Assembly (NCBI RefSeq): GCF_030384885.1
Contig: NZ_CP128613.1
Reading direction: 5' to 3' (one strand)
Source: Escherichia coli
GTDB lineage: Bacteria; Pseudomonadota; Gammaproteobacteria; Enterobacterales; Enterobacteriaceae
DNA: 64,000 nucleotides
The notes below the pieces were generated by a model, which saw only the letters and a list, made by a program, of their open reading frames with translations, made no database searches and had not been told where the DNA came from. Positions 12,339 through 22,772 of this stretch are shown here, piece by piece. Positions within the stretch are counted from its first letter, which is position 1; every line of letters starts with the position of its first letter. The translations under genes and the position numbers were made by a program.

Positions 12339-14309
12339 CTACGGATGGCAATGCTTTTCCTCATTCACCCAGATCCGCATTTCGCCTTCACCCCGGTTAG
12401 CCCAGCTAAACCACGGGATAAATGTCAGAGTTTGCGGCTGGCGTTTGGCTGGCGCGCTGTCGTAATGCCACAGCGGTTGCTGCTCTGGATAGCTCTGTTC
12501 ATACCGGTAACCCGGTGCCTGGATTAAGATCTTATGGCTGAACAATCCCTTACCTTCAAATGTCGTAAATGGCGCATCGGTGGGCAGCCACAGATTATGC
12601 AGTGACTCGCCGTTGTCGGCCTGTTCCAGGCAATACACCAGCGGGCCGCGCTGAATCGCCACTTTTCCGGCGACGTGACGCACCAGCGGGTTACCGTAAA
12701 CGCGACGTACCGGCATTGGCAACGTCAGATTCAGCGTGTCGCCCTCCTGCCATTCGCGGGTAATGTGCAAATACCCTTTACGAATATCCTGCTCGACCTC
12801 TTCCCCATTCAATGTAATCTGCGGCTGTGTGCACCAGTCCGGCAGACGTAAAGCCAGCGTATGACGCACCGGCTGGGGCGATTCAACCGCAATTGTCACC
12901 TGTTCCTGCCACGGATAGTTTCCGCTAACCCGCAGACGCAGCGTGCCATTTTCTACCGGCACTTCCATGCTGTTTCCTGCGTAGATGTTGATATACAACG
13001 CATCTTCACGCGGCGTGTAGAGATAATGACCAATCGAGGTTAGCACGCGGGCGATATTTGGCGGACAACAAGCGCAACCAAACCAACGCTGGCGGATCGG
13101 CTTAACGTGATCGTAGATATGGTTGAATTTCAGCGATTTTGGATGTACTTCCAGCGGATTCACATAGAAGAAATGTTTGCCATCCAGCGCCATGCCGCCG
13201 AGCACGGTGTTGTACAGTGCGCGCTCCATCACATCGGCATAGTGACTGTCGCCTTCCATTTCCAGCATTCGCCGGGCGAACATCATCAGGCCGATGGAAG
13301 CACAGCTTTCGGCGTATACCGTGTCATTCGGCAGATCGTAATCGCTGCTGAACGCTTCGCCGCTGCTTTGTGAGCCAATGCCGCCGGTAATATATAACTG
13401 ACGCTGGGCCATATTGTTCCACAGCCGCAGGCAGTCCTGACGCTTGCTTTCATCGTGACTTAAACGCGCGAGATGCGCGACGCCGGTCATCAGGTAGACA
13501 AAACGTACCGCGTGACCAATGGCGGTTTGCTGCTGTGCGATGGGCAAATGTGCCTGGCTGTAGGCTTTGTCTTTCACCATCCACGCCGGGCCGTAGGTGT
13601 GCCAGTGCGAGGTCTGTCCGCGCTTTTCATATTCCTGGTCGTAATAGTGCGGTTGCGCACCACGCTGTTCGACAAAATAGTTCGTCAGCGCCAGGTAGCG
13701 CGGCTCTTCGGTCACTTCATACAGGCGCATTAGTGCCAGTTCAATTTCCGGGTGACCAGGATAACCGTGTAACTTACTTTCACCTGGACCAAATACGCTG
13801 TCGATATGATCGGCCAGACGGCAAACCACTTCCAGCAAGCGCCGCTTGCCCGTGGCCTGGAAGAAGGCGACTCCGGCTTCAATCAGATGACCGGCGCAGT
13901 AAAGTTCATGACACTCCGCCAGATTGCTCCAGCGTTCTTCGGGCGCTTTTACCGTAAAGTAAGTATTGAGATAGCCATCTTCGCACTGGGCGGAAGCGAC
14001 CAGTTCGATTACCTCGTCAGCAGTTTTTTCCAGTTCGGCATCCGGCTTCTGGCACAGCGACCAGGCTACCGCTTCCAGCCATTTGGCGACGTCGCTGTCC
14101 TGAAACACCATCCCGTAAAATTCACCGTCTTGCAGTCCTGCGGCAATGCGAAAGTTTTCAATCGCATGGCTGGGTTCCGCTTCTGGGATACGATCGTTCA
14201 AGGCATCCCACTGATAAGGAATCACCACGTCGCGGACCAGTTGTTGGTACTGACCGAGGAACGGATCGCTGACCGTCAGTTTATGCAGATCGACTTCCGA
14301 AATGTTCAT
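12339..14309 (-). CDS. Glycoside hydrolase family 127 (DUF1680; beta-L-arabinofuranosidase-like)
   Basis: Start chosen at ATG 14309 (MNISEVDL) with AAGGAG RBS, about 656 aa; contains E-S-C (codons near 13298-13310) and C-A-C-C (near 13065-13076) matching the Zn/Cys catalytic motifs of GH127; 10 bp after the transporter stop. Confidence 0.8.
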   Translation of the reverse strand: MNISEVDLHKLTVSDPFLGQYQQLVRDVVIPYQWDALNDRIPEAEPSHAIENFRIAAGLQDGEFYGMVFQDSDVAKWLEAVAWSLCQKPDAELEKTADEVIELVASAQCEDGYLNTYFTVKAPEERWSNLAECHELYCAGHLIEAGVAFFQATGKRRLLEVVCRLADHIDSVFGPGESKLHGYPGHPEIELALMRLYEVTEEPRYLALTNYFVEQRGAQPHYYDQEYEKRGQTSHWHTYGPAWMVKDKAYSQAHLPIAQQQTAIGHAVRFVYLMTGVAHLARLSHDESKRQDCLRLWNNMAQRQLYITGGIGSQSSGEAFSSDYDLPNDTVYAESCASIGLMMFARRMLEMEGDSHYADVMERALYNTVLGGMALDGKHFFYVNPLEVHPKSLKFNHIYDHVKPIRQRWFGCACCPPNIARVLTSIGHYLYTPREDALYINIYAGNSMEVPVENGTLRLRVSGNYPWQEQVTIAVESPQPVRHTLALRLPDWCTQPQITLNGEEVEQDIRKGYLHITREWQEGDTLNLTLPMPVRRVYGNPLVRHVAGKVAIQRGPLVYCLEQADNGESLHNLWLPTDAPFTTFEGKGLFSHKILIQAPGYRYEQSYPEQQPLWHYDSAPAKRQPQTLTFIPWFSWANRGEGEMRIWVNEEKHCHP

Positions 14310-14319
14310 CTTGTGCTCC

Positions 14320-15720
14320 TTAAGGCTGTACATGACGCTGACGCAGGTCGCTAGCAATGCGTGACATCATAGGGTTATTGAGTTTGCAAAAGCGGATCGC
14401 CATCGCCAGCAGCAGGTGGAACAGCGCAGGCAGCAATGTTTCCATCGCCGCGATCCCGCCAAGCGAACTGGCGGTCTGGTTTTCCACGCCTGGCTGGTAG
14501 GCGACAAAAATAAACAGCAGGCTGATGATCCCGGCGCTGGAGGCCCAGGCCAGCTTGATGAAAAACAGATTGAAGGCGAAGTTCATGCCGGAAGAACGTA
14601 CGCGGGTTTTCCACTCGCCGTAGTCATCGGCAAAGGCCATCAATGAGAAGTGCAATGGCAATGTGAAGCCAAGAATCACGCCATTACCAAGGATCACCGC
14701 CAGCCACAGCGTTTGATAAGCCGGGCCAGAAGGCAGGAACCACATCAACACCGCCAGCGCGGCGAGGAGCAGGTTGGTGTAGTAGTAAATTTTGACGGTA
14801 TCGAAACGTCGCGTTAACGGGCTGACAATCACCGAGCCGATAATGGAGGCGAAGGTGACCATAGTGAAGAACAGCGACGTGTAGCCCGTACTGCCTTGTA
14901 AGACGTAGGTAATGAAGTACATATACCCACCGCCGCGAATATTAAAGACGTTAATCAGCAGGAAAGACATGACCAGCATCAGCAGCAGTTGGTCGTTGTT
15001 TCGCAGCCCGGCAAGATGTTCGCGCAGGGTAAATTTCCCCATTGTGGAGAGTGGCACCCGTTCACGAACCCAGAAGAAACAGCACAGGAACATCACCACA
15101 GCGATGGCGCACAGCACGCCGACGCCCAGTTGATAGCCGCGCGCGGCATTACCCTGACCGAAGAGATCTACCATCCACGGCAGGCCAACCGAAACCAGAA
15201 ATCCCGCTACGCCGCAGAGAACGAATCGCCAGGACTGGCAGGAGATCACTTCATTGTGGCGGGTGGTCATGGTGTTGATCAGCGCGCAGTACGGCACGTT
15301 GATGGCGGTATAACCGACTGAAAGGAGCAGGTAAGTGCCGAACGCCCAGGCGATTTTTACTCCCATGCTGGCATCTGGCACGGTGAACGTCAGGATGCCG
15401 ATAATGCCGATGGGAATGGCAATCCACAACTGCCACGGACGAAAGCGCCCCCAGCGACTTTGCGTCCGGTCGGCAATGACGCCCATCACCGGGTCGGAGA
15501 TGGCATCAAACACGCGCAGTGCAATAAACAGCGTGCCGACCAGCGCCGGAGTTAAGCCAAAAACGTCGGTGTAGAAAAAGGTGAGAAAGTTCATGATCAG
15601 GCAGGTTATGACGGTGCCGCCAGCGTCACCCAGGCCGTAGCCTATTTTTTCCCGTACAGATAACGCGTCGTCAATTTTACCTTTAGCGATATCAGCGGTA
15701 GTAATCGGTGTAGAGGTCAT
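14320..15720 (-). CDS. GPH-family (glycoside-pentoside-hexuronide) cation symporter, MFS superfamily
   Basis: About 466 aa from ATG 15720 ([16 protein letters not shown]); multi-TM; GPH signature [13 protein letters not shown]; track start at 15735 is TTG. Confidence 0.8.
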   Translation of the reverse strand: MTSTPITTADIAKGKIDDALSVREKIGYGLGDAGGTVITCLIMNFLTFFYTDVFGLTPALVGTLFIALRVFDAISDPVMGVIADRTQSRWGRFRPWQLWIAIPIGIIGILTFTVPDASMGVKIAWAFGTYLLLSVGYTAINVPYCALINTMTTRHNEVISCQSWRFVLCGVAGFLVSVGLPWMVDLFGQGNAARGYQLGVGVLCAIAVVMFLCCFFWVRERVPLSTMGKFTLREHLAGLRNNDQLLLMLVMSFLLINVFNIRGGGYMYFITYVLQGSTGYTSLFFTMVTFASIIGSVIVSPLTRRFDTVKIYYYTNLLLAALAVLMWFLPSGPAYQTLWLAVILGNGVILGFTLPLHFSLMAFADDYGEWKTRVRSSGMNFAFNLFFIKLAWASSAGIISLLFIFVAYQPGVENQTASSLGGIAAMETLLPALFHLLLAMAIRFCKLNNPMMSRIASDLRQRHVQP

Positions 15721-15945
15721 AGATATTCCTCGCAAATAGAGAGCATTTTTTTGTTTTATTGCAATGACCTGATTAATTTCGCCGTTATCTGGAATATCAA
15801 CAAGGCGAGAAAAGAGTAAAAAAAGGTGACGATTCCGACCTGAATTTAAAAGTGTGAATTGGATCAGGTGAAATTAATGTTTTTGATTAATAATCAAAAG
15901 GTAATGTGTTTAATCATTAATGAATAAGCGGGAAATTACATATCA
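15721..15945. promoter_or_regulatory. AT-rich divergent promoter region between GPH/GH127 operon and AraC gene, with palindromes
   Basis: 225-bp intergenic; palindromes ttttgattaataatcaaaa (15881-15899) and tcattaatga (15914-15923). Confidence 0.45.
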
Positions 15946-16761
15946 ATGCTCGAATTATCCATGACGTTACCGATTAAAGTGCAAAATGGTGGATTATTTA
16001 TTTCCCGTGGCGTAGGGAGGCATCCGGCAAGGCGGCTGGAGTCATGGGAAATTATCTTTGTCGAAAAAGGTCGATTAGCGATTCAGGAAGAAGAGCGGAT
16101 ATTTCTGGTCGATGCGGGAGAGAGTTTATTACTCTGGCCGAACCGACAGCATGTTGGGGTAGAGGATTTTCCCGCCGATCTCAAATTTTACTGGCTGCAT
16201 TTTGAGGTTAAAGCGCCGGATAGCGACCCGCGCTGGCTCACTCATCTTAGCGTGCCGCAACAAACGAAGGTTGCCGATCCGCAGGCGCTGGTGGCCCTGT
16301 TTCGCCAGTTCTTAAGCGAACAGGAAAAGCATCAACGCACTCCGGCGCTGGAGTTTATTGTGCTGCTGATTTTGCAGCAACTCACCCGTGACGCGCGTCT
16401 TGATGAACAGGCCGATGCCGCAGGTACCACGCTTGCCTGGAAAGCGCAGAAACTGATCCGCACGCAATATCATCGCCCGCTTTCCACTGCGCTTTTAGCC
16501 CGCGAGCTGTACTGCAATGCCGATTATCTTGGGCGCGTCTATCGGCGGGTGTTTCATCTGACGTTAACAGAAGCAATCCACCGCCAGCGGGTGCGCGAAG
16601 CCGAAAAGCTGTTAATTAGCGACGCGCGCTCGCTCACGGAAGTGGCGGCGTTGTGCGGGTTTAATGACGTTGGCTATTTCCGGCAGATTTTTCGCAAACA
16701 CACCGGATTAACGCCAGCTGCGTGGAAGCGACGTTACAGCAAGGAACATATCAATTCGTAG
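15946..16761 (+). CDS. AraC/XylS-family transcriptional regulator
   Basis: 271-aa ORF; C-terminal dual HTH (LTEVAALCGFNDVGYFRQIFRKHTGLTPAAWK); N-terminal sugar-binding-type domain. Confidence 0.8.
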   Translation: MLELSMTLPIKVQNGGLFISRGVGRHPARRLESWEIIFVEKGRLAIQEEERIFLVDAGESLLLWPNRQHVGVEDFPADLKFYWLHFEVKAPDSDPRWLTHLSVPQQTKVADPQALVALFRQFLSEQEKHQRTPALEFIVLLILQQLTRDARLDEQADAAGTTLAWKAQKLIRTQYHRPLSTALLARELYCNADYLGRVYRRVFHLTLTEAIHRQRVREAEKLLISDARSLTEVAALCGFNDVGYFRQIFRKHTGLTPAAWKRRYSKEHINS

Positions 16762-16792
16762 TGTCGGGGCAATGAAGCCCCGGCGTGAGAGA

Positions 16793-17488
16793 TTACTGCC
16801 CGTAATAGGCATTGGCCCCATGCTTACGCAGGTAGTGCTTATCCAGCAGTTCGTTTTGCATGGCAGGGAGCTGTGGTGCAAGCTGGCGCGAGAACAGGCC
16901 CATATAGGCGCACTCTTCCAGCACTACGGCATTATGCACCGCATCGGCGGCATTTTTTCCCCAGGCGAACGGGCCGTGAGAATGCACCAGTACCGCCGGG
17001 ATTTGTGCCGGACTCCTGCCACGTTCTTCGAAGGTTTCAATGATCACTTTGCCGGTCTGGTATTCATACTCGCCGTTAATCTCCGCTGCGGTCATCTGTC
17101 GCGTGCAGGGGATTGCGCCATAGAAATAATCGGCGTGAGTGGTGCCCCAGGCGGGGAGATCCAGCCCGGCCTGCGACCAGATGGTGGCGTGGCGCGAGTG
17201 GGTATGCACAATACCACCGATTTCGGCATAGCGACGGTAAAGCGCCAGATGCGTTGGCGTATCGGACGAGGGCTTTTTGCTACCTTCCACCACCTTGCCG
17301 CTGGCTATCTCAACCACCACCATATCGTCGGCGGTCATCACGTCGTACTCGACGCCGGAAGGTTTGATTACCATCCATTGCCGCGTTTCGTCTACCGCGC
17401 TGACATTGCCCCAGGTAAACGTCATCAGATGGTGAGCGGGAAGCGCCAGATTTGCCGCCAGCACGTCGGCTTTCAGTTGCTCTAACAT
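16793..17488 (-). CDS. sgbE: L-ribulose-5-phosphate 4-epimerase
   Basis: 231-aa ORF, AraD-like class II aldolase fold, recognised. Confidence 0.9.
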   Translation of the reverse strand: MLEQLKADVLAANLALPAHHLMTFTWGNVSAVDETRQWMVIKPSGVEYDVMTADDMVVVEIASGKVVEGSKKPSSDTPTHLALYRRYAEIGGIVHTHSRHATIWSQAGLDLPAWGTTHADYFYGAIPCTRQMTAAEINGEYEYQTGKVIIETFEERGRSPAQIPAVLVHSHGPFAWGKNAADAVHNAVVLEECAYMGLFSRQLAPQLPAMQNELLDKHYLRKHGANAYYGQ

Positions 17489-18342
17489 ATAAAACCTGCC
17501 TCCTGCATACGCGCTTCAATCCAGCGCCGCGCCTGAATAATCTCCAGCACCGGCTCTTTGGCTTTTTCGGTCCACATCTCAATCAGAAATGATCCGCGAT
17601 AGTTCAGTTCATGCAGCGTTTTGAAGATACCAACGAAATCGACGCAGCCTTCGCCAAACGGCACGTCGCGGAACTGTCCGGGGCTATGCTCGGTCACTGG
17701 CTGGGTATCTTTCAGGTGGATGGCGGCGATACGGTCAATGCCCAGTTTCAGTTCAGCGGGAACATCATTGCCCCAGGCGCTAAGGTTACCGACGTCCGGG
17801 TAGACGGTGAACCACGGCGAGGCGAGTATCTCGTCCCACTTTTTCCATTTGCTGATGGAGTTCATAAACGCGGTATCCATAATCTCCACCGCCAGCATTA
17901 CTTGTGATGCCGCCGCCTGTTCGACAGCCCACGTCAGCCCTTCAGCAAAACGTTGCCGGGTACCTTCGTCATGGTCTTCGTAATAGACGTCGTAGCCCGC
18001 CAGTTGAATGGTGCGAATACCGAGATCGCGCGCCAGATGAATTGCTTTGCTCATGATCTCCAGTGCTCGCTGGCGTACCGCGTCGTCACGGCTACCAAAG
18101 GGAAAACGACGATGTGCGGACAGGCACATCGACGGGATCCCAACACCCGTTTCGATCATCGCGGCAACCAGCGAAGTCCTTTGTGCGGCGCTCCAGTCAA
18201 GGCGCGACAGACGCTCGTCAGTTTCATCCACCGACATTTCGACAAAATCAAAGCCACAGCTTTTCGCCAGCACCAGCCGCTCCGGCCAGGAGAGATCTTT
18301 CGCCAGCGCTTTTTCATAAATCCCTAACGGATGATTACGCAC
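17482..18342 (-). CDS. sgbU: L-xylulose-5-phosphate 3-epimerase
   Basis: Recognised; start set at GTG 18342 (286 aa); alternative ATG at 18375 would overlap sgbH by 41 bp. Confidence 0.85.
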   Translation of the reverse strand: MRNHPLGIYEKALAKDLSWPERLVLAKSCGFDFVEMSVDETDERLSRLDWSAAQRTSLVAAMIETGVGIPSMCLSAHRRFPFGSRDDAVRQRALEIMSKAIHLARDLGIRTIQLAGYDVYYEDHDEGTRQRFAEGLTWAVEQAAASQVMLAVEIMDTAFMNSISKWKKWDEILASPWFTVYPDVGNLSAWGNDVPAELKLGIDRIAAIHLKDTQPVTEHSPGQFRDVPFGEGCVDFVGIFKTLHELNYRGSFLIEMWTEKAKEPVLEIIQARRWIEARMQEAGFIC

Positions 18343-18997
18343 GTGCGCCTCCCCAGATAGCGTCGATTTGCGCATGGAAGTCGGCAGCTACCTGTGCCGG
18401 ATTTGCTGCGCCTGCCAGCGCCCGCCCGGCAATAAACGCTTTCACGCGGATATCTTTAAACAGCGGCAGGTCAGCAGGCGTAATCCCGCCGGTAATGGAA
18501 AGCTCAAGGCCGATATCGGAAAGCGCCTTCATGCGTGCCAGATCGGCTTCGCCCCACTGTTGCCCGCTGGCCTGCGCGTCACGACCACGATGATAAATCG
18601 CCTGCCGCACGCCAATACGATGCCAGTCGTGGGCGTCGTCCAGCGTCCAGTTACCAAAAAGCTCTATCTGGATTTCACCACCGCAGCGTTGCGCCATTGC
18701 GTGGCCTTTTTCTACCGTCGCGAGCGGCGCAGCGCAGATGATGGTCATCCAGTTAGCGCCTGCGCCAAACGCCTGTTGCGCGAGCGTTTCACCAGCATCG
18801 GCGACCTTCCAGTCAGCAACGATGATTTTGTCCGGGCACTGTTCGCGCAAGGTTTTCACCGCGCCAAGCCCTTCGTTTAAACAGAGAATGGTGCCCGCTT
18901 CGACGATATCGACGCTGTCTTTTAACAGCGTAACGTCGCGCTGTGCGGCTTCAAGTGATGAGTGGTCGAGGGCCAGTTGCAGAAGTGGTCTGCTCAT
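18335..18997 (-). CDS. sgbH: 3-keto-L-gulonate-6-phosphate decarboxylase
   Basis: 220-aa ORF, recognised. Confidence 0.9.
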   Translation of the reverse strand: MSRPLLQLALDHSSLEAAQRDVTLLKDSVDIVEAGTILCLNEGLGAVKTLREQCPDKIIVADWKVADAGETLAQQAFGAGANWMTIICAAPLATVEKGHAMAQRCGGEIQIELFGNWTLDDAHDWHRIGVRQAIYHRGRDAQASGQQWGEADLARMKALSDIGLELSITGGITPADLPLFKDIRVKAFIAGRALAGAANPAQVAADFHAQIDAIWGGARA

Positions 18998-20490
18998 AAT
19001 GTGTTCTCCTTAACGCGGGCATGAAAGCCCTGTAGTGCGGCAATGAGGTGCTGATAGCGTTGGTATTTTTGTTGGTAAAGCTGATGGGCGGTCATATCCG
19101 GTAACAGGGTGCGCACCGGGTGCTGTTGATCGCGCTGGGCTTCGCTGAAATCGCGATAAACACCGGTGCCGACGCGGGCAGCAAGCGCCGCGCCAAAACA
19201 GCCGGTTTCTTCCACCTGTGGCAGCTCGATACGTAAGCCGCTAACGTCCGCCAGCATTTGCATCCAGACATCGGAGTGCGCCGGGCCGCCAGTCACGCGC
19301 AGGGTGTGCACATCAGTAAAACGTTCGCGCATCCGGTTGAGGTGGGTCATATGGCTGAACACCACGCCTTCATAAATGGCCTGCAACAGGTGTGCGCGGG
19401 TGTGAATGGCCTGCATCCCGTAGAAACCGCTGGTCATCTCGAGTCCGGCGTTGCTGCCGTACAGGAACGGCAGGAAAAAGAGATCGCCACCGGCTTTCGG
19501 TAAGCTGGCAACAGCCTGGTTGATCTCAGCAAACGAGATTTCTCCCCACTGCGCGGTAAACCATTCGAGATTGCCGGAAGAGGTAGGGCTGGCTTCGTGA
19601 ACGATAAATTCACCGTCGTTAACGTAGCGGCCATAGACATACGGATGCGCTTCACCGCCACCTAAACCGCAGGTTATGCCGCTGGTCACCGCCCAGGTCC
19701 CCATCACCGCATTGAGGGTAAATTCGTCTTCGATTCCGGCGCAGAGTGCGGTAGAAACCACATCAAACAGGCCGCCGACAACGGGCGTACCCGCTTTCAG
19801 ACCGGTCAGTACGGCTGTCTGAGCGGTGATTTCCCCGCAGATTTCGGCAGATCCGACAACAGGCGGCAGGGCGTGATTGATTTCACTGATCCCCAGCCAG
19901 TCGGTGAGGCACGGGTCATATTCCCCAAGACTCATGTTGTAGAGATTGGACTCAGAAATATTGCTCTCTTCACAACCTTTGACACCGGTTAAACACCAGC
20001 GCAGGTAGTCGTGCGTCATCATCACGCAGCCAATTTGCGCGTAGCGTTCTGGTTCGTGTTCTTTCAGCCAGCGTAACAGCGACACCGGATGCCCGGTCCA
20101 CAAGGTTTGTCGGGTCAGCGGGTAGAGTTTTTCCGGGATGCTATCTTCCTGCCAGCGACGAACGATTTCCATCGCCCGGCGATCCGAGGACAAAATGGCG
20201 TTACCGAGCGGCTTGTCGTTTTTATCCAGCAAAAACAAGCCCTTTCCCTGTGCGGAGATACCGATGCCGACAATTTGCTCCCCGCTAACGCTGGAATGGG
20301 TAAGCAGGGAGCGAATGACAGCCATGCAGCATTGCCACAGTTCTGCCATATCGCGCTCTGCCCAGCCTGGCTGCGGGCTTAATGCGCACAGCGGCAGGCG
20401 CTGCACGCCTGCCTCCCGGCCTTCGCGGTCATACAGGCCGGCTTTCAGCCAGCTACCGCCACAATCTAACCCCAGCCAGTATTGCGTCAT
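18994..20490 (-). CDS. lyxK: L-xylulose/3-keto-L-gulonate kinase
   Basis: 498-aa ORF, FGGY kinase family, recognised. Confidence 0.9.
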   Translation of the reverse strand: MTQYWLGLDCGGSWLKAGLYDREGREAGVQRLPLCALSPQPGWAERDMAELWQCCMAVIRSLLTHSSVSGEQIVGIGISAQGKGLFLLDKNDKPLGNAILSSDRRAMEIVRRWQEDSIPEKLYPLTRQTLWTGHPVSLLRWLKEHEPERYAQIGCVMMTHDYLRWCLTGVKGCEESNISESNLYNMSLGEYDPCLTDWLGISEINHALPPVVGSAEICGEITAQTAVLTGLKAGTPVVGGLFDVVSTALCAGIEDEFTLNAVMGTWAVTSGITCGLGGGEAHPYVYGRYVNDGEFIVHEASPTSSGNLEWFTAQWGEISFAEINQAVASLPKAGGDLFFLPFLYGSNAGLEMTSGFYGMQAIHTRAHLLQAIYEGVVFSHMTHLNRMRERFTDVHTLRVTGGPAHSDVWMQMLADVSGLRIELPQVEETGCFGAALAARVGTGVYRDFSEAQRDQQHPVRTLLPDMTAHQLYQQKYQRYQHLIAALQGFHARVKENTL

Positions 20491-20493
20491 GGC

Positions 20494-21480
20494 TTATTGC
20501 ACCTCATCCACGGCTTTCAGCAGTTCATCGCCCTGCGGAACATCTTTTACAAACATGTCGCGGACCTGAGTACCCAGTACGTCGCTAAAGGCTTTGCGAT
20601 CAAGTTCGGTGATGACTTCCACGCCAGCGTCTTTCATGCCGTCGATGATTTTTTGCTGATTTTCGGCGACCAATTTGCGCTGGTAATTACCCGCTTCTTG
20701 CGCAGATGAAATTAGCGCTTGCTGGAACTCCGGGCTTAAGCCATCAAACTTCGCTTTGTTGATCACCACCAAAAGCGGGGAATAGGCATGGTGCGTCAGA
20801 GAAAGGTACTTCTGCACTTCATAAAATTTGGCTGACCAGACGACGTTGATCGGGTGTTCCTGAGCGTCGATAGTGCGCGTTTCCAGCCCGGTATAGACTT
20901 CGGCAAACGGCATCGGGATCGGGTTAGCGCCAAAGACTTTGAATGCGGCGATATTCATCGGGCTATTGTTGGTGCGTATTTTCAGCCCTTTCAGGTCGGC
21001 AGGTGTTTTAACTGGCTGGCGTGAGTTGGTGACATCGCGCCAGCCGTTTTCCCAGTAGGCCAGTACTTTCAGTCCCTTACCTTCAAGGGAGGCCTTCAGT
21101 TCATCGCCGACTTTGCCGTCGAGTGTTTTATGCGCGTGGGCGGTATCGCGGAACAGGAAAGGAACATCAAGCAGGTTCATCACAGGTGATAACCCGGCAA
21201 AGTTATTCGAGCCGGACATTTCCATATCGATGGTGCCGCCACGTACGCCGCTGATCATCGCCTGCGCGTTACCGAGAGTGCTGTCCGGGAACAGTTTTAA
21301 TTTCAGCTCGCCTTTGGTTCTCTCCTGCAATAAATCATTAAATTTTTTCGCCGCAATATGTTGAGAGTCGGTTTGTGAGGTTTCATAACCGAAACGTAAT
21401 GATTGTGCCGCCAGAGAAGATGTGCTGAACGCCGCCACTCCGGCAATTAATAAAGCGTAGGTTACAGAGCGTAATTTCAT
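20494..21480 (-). CDS. yiaO: TRAP transporter periplasmic solute-binding protein (2,3-diketo-L-gulonate)
   Basis: 328-aa ORF with signal peptide, recognised. Confidence 0.9.
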   Translation of the reverse strand: MKLRSVTYALLIAGVAAFSTSSLAAQSLRFGYETSQTDSQHIAAKKFNDLLQERTKGELKLKLFPDSTLGNAQAMISGVRGGTIDMEMSGSNNFAGLSPVMNLLDVPFLFRDTAHAHKTLDGKVGDELKASLEGKGLKVLAYWENGWRDVTNSRQPVKTPADLKGLKIRTNNSPMNIAAFKVFGANPIPMPFAEVYTGLETRTIDAQEHPINVVWSAKFYEVQKYLSLTHHAYSPLLVVINKAKFDGLSPEFQQALISSAQEAGNYQRKLVAENQQKIIDGMKDAGVEVITELDRKAFSDVLGTQVRDMFVKDVPQGDELLKAVDEVQ

Positions 21481-21492
21481 TATATTTTCCTT

Positions 21493-22770
21493 TTAATTAA
21501 TCCATTTCAACGGGAGGATGATGAGATCGGGAATAAAAACAAATAAGGCTAATAAGGAATATAAAACCAGGACGTAAGGGAAAACGCCTCTGACTGCATC
21601 ATCGAATTTGAGTTTAGCCACCCCTGAAATAACGTTAAGCACATTACCGATAGGCGGTGTAATTAAGCCGATTGAGCAGTTGATGATAAACATGACTCCG
21701 AAGTAAATCGGATCGATTCCTGCCTCTTTAACTAAAGGCATTAATACCGGGGTAAGAATTAACACCGTCGGCGTTAAATCCATTACCATACCGACTATCA
21801 AAATCGCCAGCATAATAACGATAAACAGCAGACGCGGTGATTCCACTAACGGTTGCAGTAAATCAGAAACCATCATTGGCAGTTCAGCAATGGTAATTAG
21901 CCAGGCGGAAACTTGTGCCGAAGCCACCAGAAACATTACCACTGAGGTGGTTTTCGCCGCGCCAATAAGTACATGCCAAAGTGTGGCGAATGTCATTTCA
22001 CGGTAAATAACCGTGGCGACAAATAACGCATAGAAAGCAGCAACGGCCCCGGCTTCGGTAGGGGTAAACAGACCGGAGCGAAAGCCGCCAATAATAATGA
22101 CCGGAAGAAATAGCGCCCAGATACCGGAAACAAAAGAGTGCCAGATTTCTCGTTTCGTTGCTTTTTGCTGACGGGGTAAATTAAGACGACTGGCCTGCCA
22201 CCACCATGTGAGCATCAGCGTTGCGCCCATCATAATGCCTGGGGCAATGCCCGCCATAAACAACTTACTGATGGATAATCCGCTGGAAACACCGAAGATA
22301 ATAAATGGAATGGAAGGGGGAATAATTGGCGCGATAATCCCGCCAGAGGCAATCAGCCCCGCAGCACGGTTGACCGGGTAGTTAGCGCTGCGCATCATCG
22401 GCACCAGTAGCGCGGCAACGGCGGCGGTATCCGCAACAGCAGAACCGGAAAGGCTCGCCATAATCATTGCCGCCAGCACGCCTACGTAGCCCAACCCGCC
22501 TGGTTTATGCCCGACCAGTTTCATCGGCAGGTCAACAATGCGTTTTGATAAGCCGCCCGCATTCATGATTTCACCCGCCAGTACAAAGAACGGAATCGCC
22601 AGCAGGGAGAAGCTATCAGCACCGTTTACCAGCGTTTGCGCCATGATCTGGACATCAAACATATCCAGCCAGAACATAAGCGCCGCCCCGCACAACAGTA
22701 GCGACCAGGCAATAGGCAAACCGATAGCAATGCCACCCAACAGGCAGCCCAGAAAAATCAGCACAGCCAT
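21493..22770 (-). CDS. yiaN: TRAP transporter large permease
   Basis: 425-aa polytopic membrane ORF, recognised. Confidence 0.9.
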   Translation of the reverse strand: MAVLIFLGCLLGGIAIGLPIAWSLLLCGAALMFWLDMFDVQIMAQTLVNGADSFSLLAIPFFVLAGEIMNAGGLSKRIVDLPMKLVGHKPGGLGYVGVLAAMIMASLSGSAVADTAAVAALLVPMMRSANYPVNRAAGLIASGGIIAPIIPPSIPFIIFGVSSGLSISKLFMAGIAPGIMMGATLMLTWWWQASRLNLPRQQKATKREIWHSFVSGIWALFLPVIIIGGFRSGLFTPTEAGAVAAFYALFVATVIYREMTFATLWHVLIGAAKTTSVVMFLVASAQVSAWLITIAELPMMVSDLLQPLVESPRLLFIVIMLAILIVGMVMDLTPTVLILTPVLMPLVKEAGIDPIYFGVMFIINCSIGLITPPIGNVLNVISGVAKLKFDDAVRGVFPYVLVLYSLLALFVFIPDLIILPLKWIN

Positions 22771-22772
22771 GA

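Noticed and set aside
13806-14354. 182-aa plus-strand ORF and other 60-140-aa plus-strand ORFs across 12569-14354
   Set aside because: All lie antisense inside the GH127 gene, whose own frame has an RBS, conserved catalytic motifs and operon context.
15911-15926. Shared 10-mer attaatgaat between the accessory-module promoter (about 15916) and the yiaJ/yiaK control region (about 24941)
   Set aside because: Short AT-rich match easily expected by chance in AT-rich promoter DNA; not enough to claim a shared regulator.
16772-17485. 237-aa plus-strand ORF
   Set aside because: Antisense mirror of sgbE covering almost the same coordinates; sgbE is the recognised gene.
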